Source: Erysipelotrichaceae bacterium
GTDB taxonomy: Bacteria; Bacillota_I; Bacilli_A; Erysipelotrichales; Erysipelotrichaceae
Length of the DNA stretch: 64,000 bases
Direction: 5' to 3'
NCBI GenBank assembly: GCA_028723085.1
Contig: JAQYFP010000181.1
Coordinates: forward strand, 2,053-66,052
The notes beneath the pieces are model-generated. The model saw only the letters and a program-made list of their open reading frames with translations. It was not told the DNA's origin and ran no database searches. Below, piece after piece: positions 9,877 to 19,232 of the stretch. The number at the start of each line of letters is the position of its first letter. Position 1 is the stretch's first letter. The translations under genes were made by a program, and so were the position numbers.

Positions 9877-10308
9877 CTAGATTCCATCTGAAAAATCATC
9901 GTTTTCTTCAACTTCGATTTGAGACATTTCAAAACGAGTGATTTGATCTTTTCCTGTATTTAAAGCAGTGTTTACTAATGTTTCAGTATCCATACCAAAT
10001 TGTCTAGCCATTACAACTTCTGCTAACATTGGAAGATTTGTACCTGCAATTACTTCTACATTTTGATATGATTGTGCAATTAATACAGCTGTTTTAAATG
10101 GTGAACCACCAGCTAAATCAGAGAAAACAATAATTCCTTCGCAATCTTTTAATGATTCAATAGCAGCTGTTAAATCAGCTTGTAATTGATCTACTTCTTG
10201 TTCAAAATCCACAGCAACATAGTTTTCTTGTGGACCAGCAATTAAGTTAATTGAGCTCGTTAAACCAGTGGCAAAACGACCATGTCCTGTAACGATAATT
10301 CCTACCAT
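9877..10308 (-). CDS. agaF: Mannose-class PTS IIA
   Basis: IIVTGHGRFA, SDLAGGSPF, GTNLPML motifs. Confidence 0.9.
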   Translation of the reverse strand: MVGIIVTGHGRFATGLTSSINLIAGPQENYVAVDFEQEVDQLQADLTAAIESLKDCEGIIVFSDLAGGSPFKTAVLIAQSYQNVEVIAGTNLPMLAEVVMARQFGMDTETLVNTALNTGKDQITRFEMSQIEVEENDDFSDGI

Positions 10309-10316
10309 AGTTCCTC

Positions 10317-11492
10317 CTATTTTTTAGTATATGGGTAAATAATTACACCCTTAACAACACGGTTTACTTCTCCAGATGGACAAGGATTATCAGGAGTGTA
10401 TCCAGATTTTAATGATTTAAATAATGAAATTGTTTGAGCAACAGTGATGTATTCAAGACCTAATAATACATTTTCTAAATCTTCACCATTGTCAAATGAA
10501 ATAAAGTAATCCGCATATTCTTTGATGTCATCATCTTTAGATGAAACAACTAAGATTTTATTTCCTTTACGTTCTGGGCTCATTTCTTTGATGATGTCAT
10601 ATTCATATTGACGAGTATATGGATCATCTGACATATAAACAACACATAAAGTTTCTGGGTTGATTACTGATTTAGGTCCATGTCTGAATCCCATTGGAGT
10701 ATCAAATACAGTATCGATTGTACCACCATTTAATTCACACATTTTTAATGCAGATTCTTGAGCAACCCCTTTATTGTTGTTGCTTCCTAAATAAACGATA
10801 CGTTTGAAATCAAATTCATCAACGATATCACTTGCTTTAGTCCAAGTTGAATCTAAGAAAGCTTGTGTTTTTTCAATAATAACTTCTACTTGTTTGCTGA
10901 ATTCATCTAAGTTATCAATATTGAAAGCTAATAAAGTAGCTAAATACATATTTGAATAAGATGAAGTCATGGCAAAACTTTGGTCATGTGTTTCTGGTGT
11001 TAAATTAATTGCATAGCAGTTATCTTTACCTACAGCATATTTAGATAAAGCACCATTTGCATTACAAGTTACAAATAAGTGGTTGATGTTTTCTCCACAT
11101 ACAGTATTCGCAACTTCAACAGCAGCAACAGATTCAGGAGAGTTACCAGAACGTCCGTAGCTAATCAATAAAGTTGGTTTTGTTGATGATAAATAGCTTT
11201 CAGGATCGGCAACGATGTCTGTTGTAGCATATGATTTAACTTTATAGTTATTTTTCTTTGATAAATAAGCATAGATTGAATTTCCTACGAATTCACTTGT
11301 ACCTGCTCCAGTTAAAATGATGTCGTAGTCTTCATTTTTAGTAGTTCTTTCGATAAATGCTTTGATCGCATCTTTTTCATTTTTTACTTGTGCAATTGTT
11401 TTTGTCCAAGTAGCTGGTTGTTGTAAAATTTCTTTTGCTGTCCAATACCCGTTTAACTCTTTCCAAGTTTCTTCTGTTTTATTAAATAACAT
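10317..11492 (-). CDS. agaS: SIS-domain galactosamine-6-phosphate deaminase/isomerase
   Basis: TAKEILQQPATW, ILTGAGTSEFVG, SYGRSGNSPES, FAMTSS, GFRHGPKS, PDNPCPSGEVNRVVKGV. Confidence 0.9.
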   Translation of the reverse strand: MLFNKTEETWKELNGYWTAKEILQQPATWTKTIAQVKNEKDAIKAFIERTTKNEDYDIILTGAGTSEFVGNSIYAYLSKKNNYKVKSYATTDIVADPESYLSSTKPTLLISYGRSGNSPESVAAVEVANTVCGENINHLFVTCNANGALSKYAVGKDNCYAINLTPETHDQSFAMTSSYSNMYLATLLAFNIDNLDEFSKQVEVIIEKTQAFLDSTWTKASDIVDEFDFKRIVYLGSNNNKGVAQESALKMCELNGGTIDTVFDTPMGFRHGPKSVINPETLCVVYMSDDPYTRQYEYDIIKEMSPERKGNKILVVSSKDDDIKEYADYFISFDNGEDLENVLLGLEYITVAQTISLFKSLKSGYTPDNPCPSGEVNRVVKGVIIYPYTKK

Positions 11493-11653
11493 AATATCCT
11501 CCTCTACAGGTCTTTTCAATTTGTATTATATTTTTTAAAAAGCGAAAAACAATAACCATACTAAATTGTGCAAAACGATGATTAATTAATGAACAAAAAA
11601 TTCGCTATAATAAAGTTACTTGTGTTATCATTTATAAGAAAGTGAGAGATTAT

Positions 11654-12205
11654 ATGAAACAAAATAATAAAGCCAGTTTTTCAAATACAATTTTATCTGG
11701 TCCGAATATGTATACGGATAAATTTGGAAATACCATTTATTATGACAAAAGAAATAAATTAGCCTATAAAATCCGTCAAGATCAATTAAATACATTTAAA
11801 ACATATCAATCACGATTTGTTCTATGTATTATCGCCTTTGTATTGTTGTACATTTTATTCGAATTAAATATCTTTTTATCATTAGGAATCACCGTTGTAA
11901 TCGGAATCTTTTTAGAATATAAATTCCGTTCTTTCCTAAAACAATTACCTAAATCCACAAACTTCGATAAAAAAGATCGTGTTAAACCAGTGGATCAAAT
12001 GATTGAAGCTTCTAACCAAGATTTATTGATTCGCTTTGGTTTATATGCTGCACTAGGAATTCTATTGATTGTGAATACATTTATTTCTGATAACGTAAAA
12101 GGAAAAACAGCTATTATCGTATTTAGTTATTTAGCTGCTGCCTTCGCAATCTTTATGGCATATAAGTACATTTCCTTAATTATTCGTAAGAAAAAACAAA
12201 AATAA
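11654..12205 (+). CDS. Hypothetical membrane protein (about 4 TM)
   Basis: Two hydrophobic helix pairs; own -10-like element and terminator; no family recognised. Confidence 0.6.
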   Translation: MKQNNKASFSNTILSGPNMYTDKFGNTIYYDKRNKLAYKIRQDQLNTFKTYQSRFVLCIIAFVLLYILFELNIFLSLGITVVIGIFLEYKFRSFLKQLPKSTNFDKKDRVKPVDQMIEASNQDLLIRFGLYAALGILLIVNTFISDNVKGKTAIIVFSYLAAAFAIFMAYKYISLIIRKKKQK

Positions 12206-12261
12206 GCTCAATTGAGCTTATTTTTTTGCACAAAAAAAGAATGGAATTAACTCCATTCTTT
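12201..12261. terminator. Back-to-back terminators for convergent genes
   Basis: AATAAGCTCA-at-TGAGCTTATT plus T-run (plus strand) and AAAGAATGGA-attaac-TCCATTCTTT with preceding A-run (nagA, minus strand). Confidence 0.7.
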
Positions 12262-12267
12262 ATTTTT

Positions 12268-13407
12268 TTATTTACAAGCCTTTCCTCTAGCATATGTTTG
12301 AACAACATCATAATCATTGTTCAATACAACTAAGTCAGCATCATATCCTGTACAAATTTTTCCTTTACGATCATCTACATGTAAAGCACGAGCTGGGTTA
12401 ATTGTACAAGAATTTAAGGCATAATCAAATGGTACTCCTGCTTGTTCAACAACAATTTGTAATCCACGATTAATTTGTAAAGTTGAACCCGCTAAACCTT
12501 TTGTACTAGTTAAGTGAGCTGATCCATCAGGATAAACTTCAATTTCATTTCCACCAAAAATGTGTTTACTTCCAATTGGACATCCTTTAGCCATTAAAGA
12601 ATCCGAAATCATAATGACATAATCTCTTCCTTTAGCCATATAGTAGTTATTTAATGAATTGACATTTGAGTGGTTTCCATCACAAATAACCTCTCCATAT
12701 ACATCTCTAAAACGCATAGCCGCTCCAACTAAACCAGGATTACGATGATGGAAAGGAGTCATTCCATTAAATACGTGTGTCATACTCATAGCACCATGGG
12801 CAACAGCTAAACGAGCTTGTTCATAAGTTGCTCCTGAGTGTCCTTGACTTACTAAAATACCGTTTTTAGCACAGTATTCAGTTAACGCGAAATCTTTATC
12901 ATGTTCACAAGCCATTGTGATAACTTTAATTAATCCATGTGCATCTTCTTGATATTGTTTAAATTCTTCAACATCTGGTGCAATACAATAAGGTTCAGGT
13001 TGAGCCCCTTTATAAACACGATCTAGATAAGGCCCTTCAAAGTGAATTCCTAAGATTTCAGCTCCTTCATATCCTTCTTCTACAACACGAGCCACATTCT
13101 TAACAGCAGCTGATAACACTTCATGACTTTGAGTAATTGTTGTAGGGCAAATTCCTGTAACCCCTTCTGATGTAATGCATTTCATCCAGTGACGTAATCC
13201 TTCTGGTTGTGCATCATTTGTATCAAATGTATCATATCCATGAGTGTGAATATCAATGAAACCAGGAACGATACGATCATTTCCATAATCCACATCCACT
13301 TCTTTTGAACCATATTCATAAATATTCACGATTTTATCTTGGTCCATTTCGATTTGTGCAGGCATAAATTGCCCAGCAATCCATACTCTTTTACTTTGAA
13401 TAATCAT
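12268..13407 (-). CDS. nagA: N-acetylglucosamine/N-acetylgalactosamine-6-phosphate deacetylase
   Basis: PGFIDIHTHG, GIHFEGPYL, GHSGAT, THVFNGM, ICDGNHS, LAGSTL. Confidence 0.92.
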   Translation of the reverse strand: MIIQSKRVWIAGQFMPAQIEMDQDKIVNIYEYGSKEVDVDYGNDRIVPGFIDIHTHGYDTFDTNDAQPEGLRHWMKCITSEGVTGICPTTITQSHEVLSAAVKNVARVVEEGYEGAEILGIHFEGPYLDRVYKGAQPEPYCIAPDVEEFKQYQEDAHGLIKVITMACEHDKDFALTEYCAKNGILVSQGHSGATYEQARLAVAHGAMSMTHVFNGMTPFHHRNPGLVGAAMRFRDVYGEVICDGNHSNVNSLNNYYMAKGRDYVIMISDSLMAKGCPIGSKHIFGGNEIEVYPDGSAHLTSTKGLAGSTLQINRGLQIVVEQAGVPFDYALNSCTINPARALHVDDRKGKICTGYDADLVVLNNDYDVVQTYARGKACK

Positions 13408-13553
13408 ATTTCATTTCCTCCATTACTTTCATTCTAAACCTAAAATCAAAGTTCGTTGTTATCTTATTATACAATGTTTTTACACTTTTTAGTAAAAGCA
13501 CAATTCGCAATTTGAATTTGATATAATAGACTAGAAAGAAAAAGAGGTTAATT

Positions 13554-14204
13554 ATGAAAAAAACAATTGCTATTATTATTGTAGTCGCTATTGTGATGAT
13601 GTTTTTAATTTCGACACTAAAAAAATCAACTTATAAAAGATTAGTCAATTATTTAGAAAACGGAGACTTTACTTCTTTTTATAAAGAAATTGATTCTAAA
13701 AAAGTAAAAATGCTATTAAATAATTTAAACATCATCGACATGAAATTAAATGCTGCTATCGTACAACAAAACAAACAAGAAACAAATCGTTTATTTGATG
13801 AAGTGATTAAACTCCCTTTAACTCCTTCCCAAAAAGAACACTACTACATGAAAGCTTTTAATTATTATGTAGGATTAATGGAAAAGAAAAAAGCGAAGAA
13901 ATATATTGATTTAATCAATACTACATCTAATGAACGAATGAAACTCGAAGCCAATCGTGTTTATAATATCTATATTCTTAAAAACGACAAAGACCTTCGT
14001 TCTTTATTACTTGAATTAAAAGACTTAGAAGACAGTCAAAAAGGTGTAAACGAATACTTAATTTCTTTAATTTATAAAAATAAAGGCGACTTAGAAAATG
14101 CCGCAAAATATGAAGAATTAAGTAAAGAACATTTTGCCTTAGTTGATGAACAAACCGCAAAAAAATACGAAAAAGAACTAAAAGAGGATAACCCTGAGGA
14201 TTAA
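13554..14204 (+). CDS. Hypothetical N-terminally membrane-anchored helical (TPR-like) protein
   Basis: MKK plus hydrophobic stretch, then amphipathic helical repeats; SD present. Confidence 0.55.
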   Translation: MKKTIAIIIVVAIVMMFLISTLKKSTYKRLVNYLENGDFTSFYKEIDSKKVKMLLNNLNIIDMKLNAAIVQQNKQETNRLFDEVIKLPLTPSQKEHYYMKAFNYYVGLMEKKKAKKYIDLINTTSNERMKLEANRVYNIYILKNDKDLRSLLLELKDLEDSQKGVNEYLISLIYKNKGDLENAAKYEELSKEHFALVDEQTAKKYEKELKEDNPED

Positions 14205-14243
14205 TCCTCTTTTTTTGATACAATAATAAAAAAAGGAGAATTT

Positions 14244-15164
14244 ATGGAATACTATCAAATCCCCCAAACCAATTTATCGGTATCAAAAATTTCTTTAGGA
14301 TGCATGCGCATAGCCAACAAAACAATAGACGAAGTCGATGCTCTAGTTACAGCTTGTCTAGAATATGGCATTAATTTCTTTGATCATGCCGATATCTATG
14401 GAAAAGGACAATCCGAACAATTATTTGGTGAAGTTTTAAAGCGTCATCCCGAATATCGAAATAAAATGATTATTCAAACTAAATGTGGCATTGTATCCGG
14501 TTGTCGCTATGACTTTTCTAAAGAACACATCATTCAAAGTGTAAATGAATCATTGAATCGTCTTCATGTTGATTCCATTGACATTTTACTTCTTCATCGT
14601 CCTGATGCTTTATGTGATCCAATGGAAGTAGGACAAGCATTTAAAGAATTATATGAAGCTGGAAAAGTACGTTATTTTGGTGTATCAAATCATACTCCAT
14701 ATCAAATAAAACTACTTCAAAAATATTGTCCTTATCCTATTATTATCAATCAATTACAATTATCCATCGTTCATTCGAATATCATTGATGCGGGTATCCA
14801 TATGAATATGAAAGAACCACTTGCTTTCGATACCGATATGGGAATACTAGACTATTGTCGCTATAATGACATTATGATTCAAGCCTGGTCCCCTTTACAA
14901 GCTTCATGGACAGAAGGATCTTTTATTGATCATCCAAATTATGAACCATTAAATCAATTACTAAATCAATTAGCTTGTGAATACAAAGTATCAAAAACAG
15001 CCATTGCCATAGCCTGGATATTAAGACACCCCGCTCATATTCAGCCTATTGTAGGAACCACTTCCATCGCACATTTAAAAGAATGCATAGATGCGATTAA
15101 GGTCCATTTAACTTCTCAACAATGGTATGATTTATATAAAGCAAGCGGTAAGACTTTACCTTAA
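14244..15164 (+). CDS. Aldo/keto reductase
   Basis: ISLGCMR, FFDHADIYGKG, IQTKCG, LLLHRPD, FGVSN, QAWSPL. Confidence 0.93.
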   Translation: MEYYQIPQTNLSVSKISLGCMRIANKTIDEVDALVTACLEYGINFFDHADIYGKGQSEQLFGEVLKRHPEYRNKMIIQTKCGIVSGCRYDFSKEHIIQSVNESLNRLHVDSIDILLLHRPDALCDPMEVGQAFKELYEAGKVRYFGVSNHTPYQIKLLQKYCPYPIIINQLQLSIVHSNIIDAGIHMNMKEPLAFDTDMGILDYCRYNDIMIQAWSPLQASWTEGSFIDHPNYEPLNQLLNQLACEYKVSKTAIAIAWILRHPAHIQPIVGTTSIAHLKECIDAIKVHLTSQQWYDLYKASGKTLP

Positions 15165-15185
15165 AAAACTTCATCTGAAGTTTTT
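15164..15185. terminator. Bidirectional terminator
   Basis: AAAAACTTCA-tc-TGAAGTTTTT between convergent genes. Confidence 0.7.
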
Positions 15186-15186
15186 T

Positions 15187-15993
15187 TTAGTTTTCTAGCA
15201 ACATATCAAGCCATTCAATGCATCCATCTTCAAAGCAACTCTTCACAATTAAATCCGCTACTTGTTTTACTTCCTCTTTAGCATTTTCTAAGCTAACACC
15301 TAAGCCAGCTTCTTTTACACATTCTAAATCCGATATACCATCACCAATATAAGAAACTTCTGACCATTTTATATTTAATTGTTGTAATAATTTATCACAT
15401 GTTTTAAATTTGTCTACACCTTTACAAACGACATCGGCCATAAAAGGAGTACTACGAATTGCTAAGACATCATATTGTTGTTCCATCTTTTGTTTTAAAA
15501 GTGGAAAATAGGTATCCATTCGTTCTTGTGATTCAGAAGCACTGAATTTACACGCATTTGATACAAAATCACATTCATCTTGTACTTTATAATCAACATT
15601 GCAATTAAACGCATCGAGTTCATATCCATGAGTATATTCATGGCAAACCACATAATTTGATTGAGTATAAGATGGTTCCAAATGATATTGAAGTGTTAAA
15701 TCCCATAGTTGTTCAATTGTTTTTGAAGCAATAGGATATTCAAATAAAACCTCTTTCTTTTTCACATCATAGACACTTGCTCCATTACAAGAAATCACAT
15801 AGCCTCCAAATTCATTCATTTTAATTTGATGCGCTAAAGGAAGCACACCTTGAAAAATACGAGCTGAATTTAAAATCACTAAATATCCTTTTTCTTGTAG
15901 TTGAATCAAACGATTTTGTACTTCTTCTTTCACGTACAAACCACTACTGGGATTCATTAAAGATCCATCTAAATCACAAATAATACATTTCAT
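15187..15993 (-). CDS. Cof-type HAD hydrolase
   Basis: CDLDGSL, NSAR, K..GVDK, IGDGISD motifs. Confidence 0.88.
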   Translation of the reverse strand: MKCIICDLDGSLMNPSSGLYVKEEVQNRLIQLQEKGYLVILNSARIFQGVLPLAHQIKMNEFGGYVISCNGASVYDVKKKEVLFEYPIASKTIEQLWDLTLQYHLEPSYTQSNYVVCHEYTHGYELDAFNCNVDYKVQDECDFVSNACKFSASESQERMDTYFPLLKQKMEQQYDVLAIRSTPFMADVVCKGVDKFKTCDKLLQQLNIKWSEVSYIGDGISDLECVKEAGLGVSLENAKEEVKQVADLIVKSCFEDGCIEWLDMLLEN

Positions 15994-16007
15994 CTTATTT
16001 TCCTTTC

Positions 16008-16033
16008 AAAAAAAAGGCTGATTGTTCAGCCTT
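16008..16033 (-). terminator. Terminator downstream of agaZ-like gene
   Basis: AAGGCTGA-acaa-TCAGCCTT plus T-run on the minus strand. Confidence 0.7.
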
Positions 16034-16034
16034 A

Positions 16035-17345
16035 TTAGAATAATTCACTTTGATGTGTTGCGTATAAATATTCATCAATTGAATCACAAATACGATCCAC
16101 AATTAAAGCCTCTGGATCATTTTCTAATAATCCTTCTCTGACTCTAGTATATTGAATTGGCATATATTGCGTCAATAAATTTAGTGGAATTCCGTGTGTA
16201 CGTAAATTATTGATCATTGTATGCATTGCTTCTTGTACAGAAGGAACTGGCATATAGTAACGACAACGATCTGAGAAAGAATATTTACGCTTCATCGCAA
16301 CTTCTTCTTCTGTTCCAATATAGTGTTTTGACCAATACTTAGGATCTGCTAACATAGCTTGGTCTAATACTTCTTTGAAATGACTTGCCTTATCACCAAA
16401 TAATTCATTTTCAATATCAGCTAATGCGAATAAAGCTTGACGCATCATGAATGTGAAACCAGGACCTACTTTTAAAATTGCAATTCCATCTTCTACCATT
16501 TCACGTAATTTAATTTTTGTTTGGTAATCTGTTGAATGTCCTTCAAATACAATATTATCGTAATCACGAATGGCTGCACATAAATCAACAGCTTTTTCAC
16601 GATCGTATTCTGTACATCCACTGTCTTTTTCTTCTACACCTGGTTGAACAACGATACCAATTACATTGCTCCAAGCATGGTCTAAACCATTGTCTTTAAA
16701 CGCTTTTTCAAAAGTTGCCAATGTAGCTTTGAAGTCTTCTGGTTTTGTGACTTGTACACCTTCATCAACCGCACCTTGTGCTCCTCCTGGAATAGGAACT
16801 TCACTACCTACGATATAAACAGGTTCAATCGCATCAGGATTTTCTTCTTTTAATTTTGCGTATGTTTCTTCCGCAACTTTAGCTAAACGAGCTCCACGAC
16901 GAGCAATTGTTTCATCGCTTAAACGTTCATTCACATCATCGTCAGCTACACGCATACTTGTATCAATATGGATTTTTGTGAATCCAGCTGCCACGTAACA
17001 ACGAATTAATTCTTCTGCTTCTTTCATAGCTTCTTCTTCATTTAAAGAAGTGAAAGTAAGAGGACCTAAGTGATCTCCTCCTAAAAATAATTTATTTGTA
17101 TCAAAACCAATTTCATTTGCGATTCCTTCTACAAATGCTTTGAAATCAGCTGGTTTCATACCAGTGTATCCACCATATTGATCACATTGGTTAGCTGTAC
17201 TTTCGATTAGTACACATGATTGATCTTTTTTACCTTTTAATAAAGCCGCACGAATAACATATTCATTTGCTGAGCAACAAGAATAGATTCCAACTGCTCT
17301 TCCTTCTTTTTGTGCTTTAACAATTTGTTTTAATGGATTTTGCAT
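16035..17345 (-). CDS. agaZ: GatZ/KbaZ/AgaZ family protein (probable tagatose-6-phosphate 4-epimerase)
   Basis: LIESTANQCDQYGGYTGMKP, LGGDHLGP, KIHIDTS, GSEVPIPGG, VVQPGVE, FEGHSTDYQ, LKVGPG, KYSFSDRCRYY. Confidence 0.9.
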   Translation of the reverse strand: MQNPLKQIVKAQKEGRAVGIYSCCSANEYVIRAALLKGKKDQSCVLIESTANQCDQYGGYTGMKPADFKAFVEGIANEIGFDTNKLFLGGDHLGPLTFTSLNEEEAMKEAEELIRCYVAAGFTKIHIDTSMRVADDDVNERLSDETIARRGARLAKVAEETYAKLKEENPDAIEPVYIVGSEVPIPGGAQGAVDEGVQVTKPEDFKATLATFEKAFKDNGLDHAWSNVIGIVVQPGVEEKDSGCTEYDREKAVDLCAAIRDYDNIVFEGHSTDYQTKIKLREMVEDGIAILKVGPGFTFMMRQALFALADIENELFGDKASHFKEVLDQAMLADPKYWSKHYIGTEEEVAMKRKYSFSDRCRYYMPVPSVQEAMHTMINNLRTHGIPLNLLTQYMPIQYTRVREGLLENDPEALIVDRICDSIDEYLYATHQSELF

Positions 17346-17440
17346 ATATAATATCCTCCTCATTGTTGATTATATTCGAATCATAAATAAATAAAATATC
17401 TGTACCATTTAGTATAAATTTCACATTAAAAAAGTAAAAT

Positions 17441-18211
17441 TTAATCAATGAAATTCAAAAAAGACAAACCATTGTAAATTCCATCTTCATCAATATCACT
17501 TGTCACATAATTTGCTTTTGATTTCAACAAAGGAACGGCATTTCCCATGGCAATACTAAAACCGACCTTATCAAACATATCCATATCGTTTTCTCCATCT
17601 CCAAAGGCAAATGATTGATCAACAGGAATTTGATAAATATCTAAGAATTGTTGAATAGCTTTTCCTTTTCCACCATTATTAGAAACAATATCCACTGCAT
17701 AGGGATTCCATCTTGTGATTAAACAATCACTTAGTTTTTCTTTCAATTCTTTTTCTTCTTGTTCATTCACAAAAGCAATGCCTTGATAAATCACATTTTG
17801 TGTATACTCACTGATTCTAGGAACACTAGTATGAATACTTTCCTGGGCAAAGCGTACATAATCGTTTACATAATTAATATAGAATGTATTTTTTTCGAGT
17901 AATTGAATAGGAATTATATTATTTTCATATAAATGAATTAAATTTTTTAAATTATTTCCTTCAATGGGATTAGACCATACTTCTTTAAAATTATTATCTA
18001 AAATTAATTGTCCATTTAATAAAATATACGCATCAAATAAAGATAAAGGAAACTCTAGCTCTTTTAATTCTTCTATATGTCTTCCCGAACAAACAACACA
18101 GAAAATCCCTTTATTTCGAATTTGTTTAATCGCATTTATAGTACTATCTGGAATTTTGCCTATTTTATGGGAAATCAATGTCCCATCCACATCAAAAAAT
18201 ACTACTTTCAT
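17441..18211 (-). CDS. Cof-type HAD hydrolase
   Basis: FFDVDGTL, CSGR, FGDGENDMDM, AMGNA motifs. Confidence 0.9.
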   Translation of the reverse strand: MKVVFFDVDGTLISHKIGKIPDSTINAIKQIRNKGIFCVVCSGRHIEELKELEFPLSLFDAYILLNGQLILDNNFKEVWSNPIEGNNLKNLIHLYENNIIPIQLLEKNTFYINYVNDYVRFAQESIHTSVPRISEYTQNVIYQGIAFVNEQEEKELKEKLSDCLITRWNPYAVDIVSNNGGKGKAIQQFLDIYQIPVDQSFAFGDGENDMDMFDKVGFSIAMGNAVPLLKSKANYVTSDIDEDGIYNGLSFLNFID

Positions 18212-18217
18212 AGCTTT

Positions 18218-18226
18218 ATATTACCA
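18218..18226 (-). promoter_or_regulatory. Extended -10 placed for leaderless transcription of the Cof gene
   Basis: TGGTAATAT-aaagct-ATG (6 nt), no SD. Confidence 0.6.
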
Positions 18227-18231
18227 CAAAA

Positions 18232-18255
18232 AAAGAATGATTTGACTCATTCTTT
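18232..18255 (-). terminator. Terminator of metY-metA
   Basis: AAAGAATGA-gtcaaa-TCATTCTTT plus T-run. Confidence 0.7.
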
Positions 18256-19227
18256 AATAAAGGCTTGTGAATATCCATGTTCATTTCGTTTACTTGTTCC
18301 AATTGGATCCATAAACTGAATATTTTCAATATGATATGGTGTGACTTGATATACATAATTTAACCAATTTCGATACAATAAATTCGCATGGCTACGCCAA
18401 GTTAAAATTGGTTTATTATTAGGATCATCATTTATAAAATAATTTTCTGGTATATGAATCGGCTTATGCTCCTTAATATCTCTAAAATATTCTTGTGCTA
18501 GTGTTTCCACGCCATATTCAAAATGACCCGTTACAAATATTTGACGATAATCCTTTGTGACAATAATATTACTTCCTGTCTTTTCTCCCTTTGATAAAAC
18601 CACAAGACGCTTTTCCTTGGCAAGTGCTTCTTCATCTATTTTAGTGTGACGAGAATGTGGTGTATTGTGGTATTCATCAAATCCATTGGTTAAAAAATCA
18701 TATTCATCTTCTAAGTGATGAGGAAAAATCCCAAACATTTTTTCATCAAGTAATTGTTTTTGAATGCCATAGTGATAATACAAACCAGCTTGGGCTCCCC
18801 AACAAATATGCATTGTACTAAACACATGTATTTTTGACCATTCCATAATCTCACATAGACTATCCCAATAATCAACTTGTTCAAAATCCAAGTGTTCAAC
18901 GGGAGCTCCTGTGATAATCATGCAATCATAATAATTATCTAAGAACGCATGATAATCTTTATAAAATTTTACTAAATGGTCTTCACTTGTATTTTTTGAT
19001 TTATGTGCATCAATTTTCATAAAATCAATCGATACTTGTAAAGGAGATTTACTAATTAAACGAAGAATTTGGGTTTCCGTTTCTATTTTTTTAGGCATTA
19101 AATTTAAAATCACAAGTTGAATTGGACGAACTCTTTGTTTACGGGCACTATCATCTTCAATCGCAAAGATTTTTTCGTTTTCTAAAATGGTTTTGGCTGG
19201 TAAACCATTTTGTATATTAATTGGCAT
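18247..19227 (-). CDS. metA: Homoserine O-acyltransferase (MetA/HTS family, probably acetyl-specific)
   Basis: ILNLMPKKIETE, IITGAPVE, ICWGAQAGLY, PHSRH, VTGHFEY, WRSHANLL. Confidence 0.93.
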   Translation of the reverse strand: MPINIQNGLPAKTILENEKIFAIEDDSARKQRVRPIQLVILNLMPKKIETETQILRLISKSPLQVSIDFMKIDAHKSKNTSEDHLVKFYKDYHAFLDNYYDCMIITGAPVEHLDFEQVDYWDSLCEIMEWSKIHVFSTMHICWGAQAGLYYHYGIQKQLLDEKMFGIFPHHLEDEYDFLTNGFDEYHNTPHSRHTKIDEEALAKEKRLVVLSKGEKTGSNIIVTKDYRQIFVTGHFEYGVETLAQEYFRDIKEHKPIHIPENYFINDDPNNKPILTWRSHANLLYRNWLNYVYQVTPYHIENIQFMDPIGTSKRNEHGYSQAFIKE

Positions 19228-19232
19228 AGTGT

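Noticed and set aside
11520-17440. Shared AraC-binding motif in the agaS, nagA and agaZ promoters (GCACAATT, ATTTAGTAT fragments)
   Set aside because: Matches are short, AT-rich and inconsistent in orientation and spacing; motif discovery across genomes would be needed.
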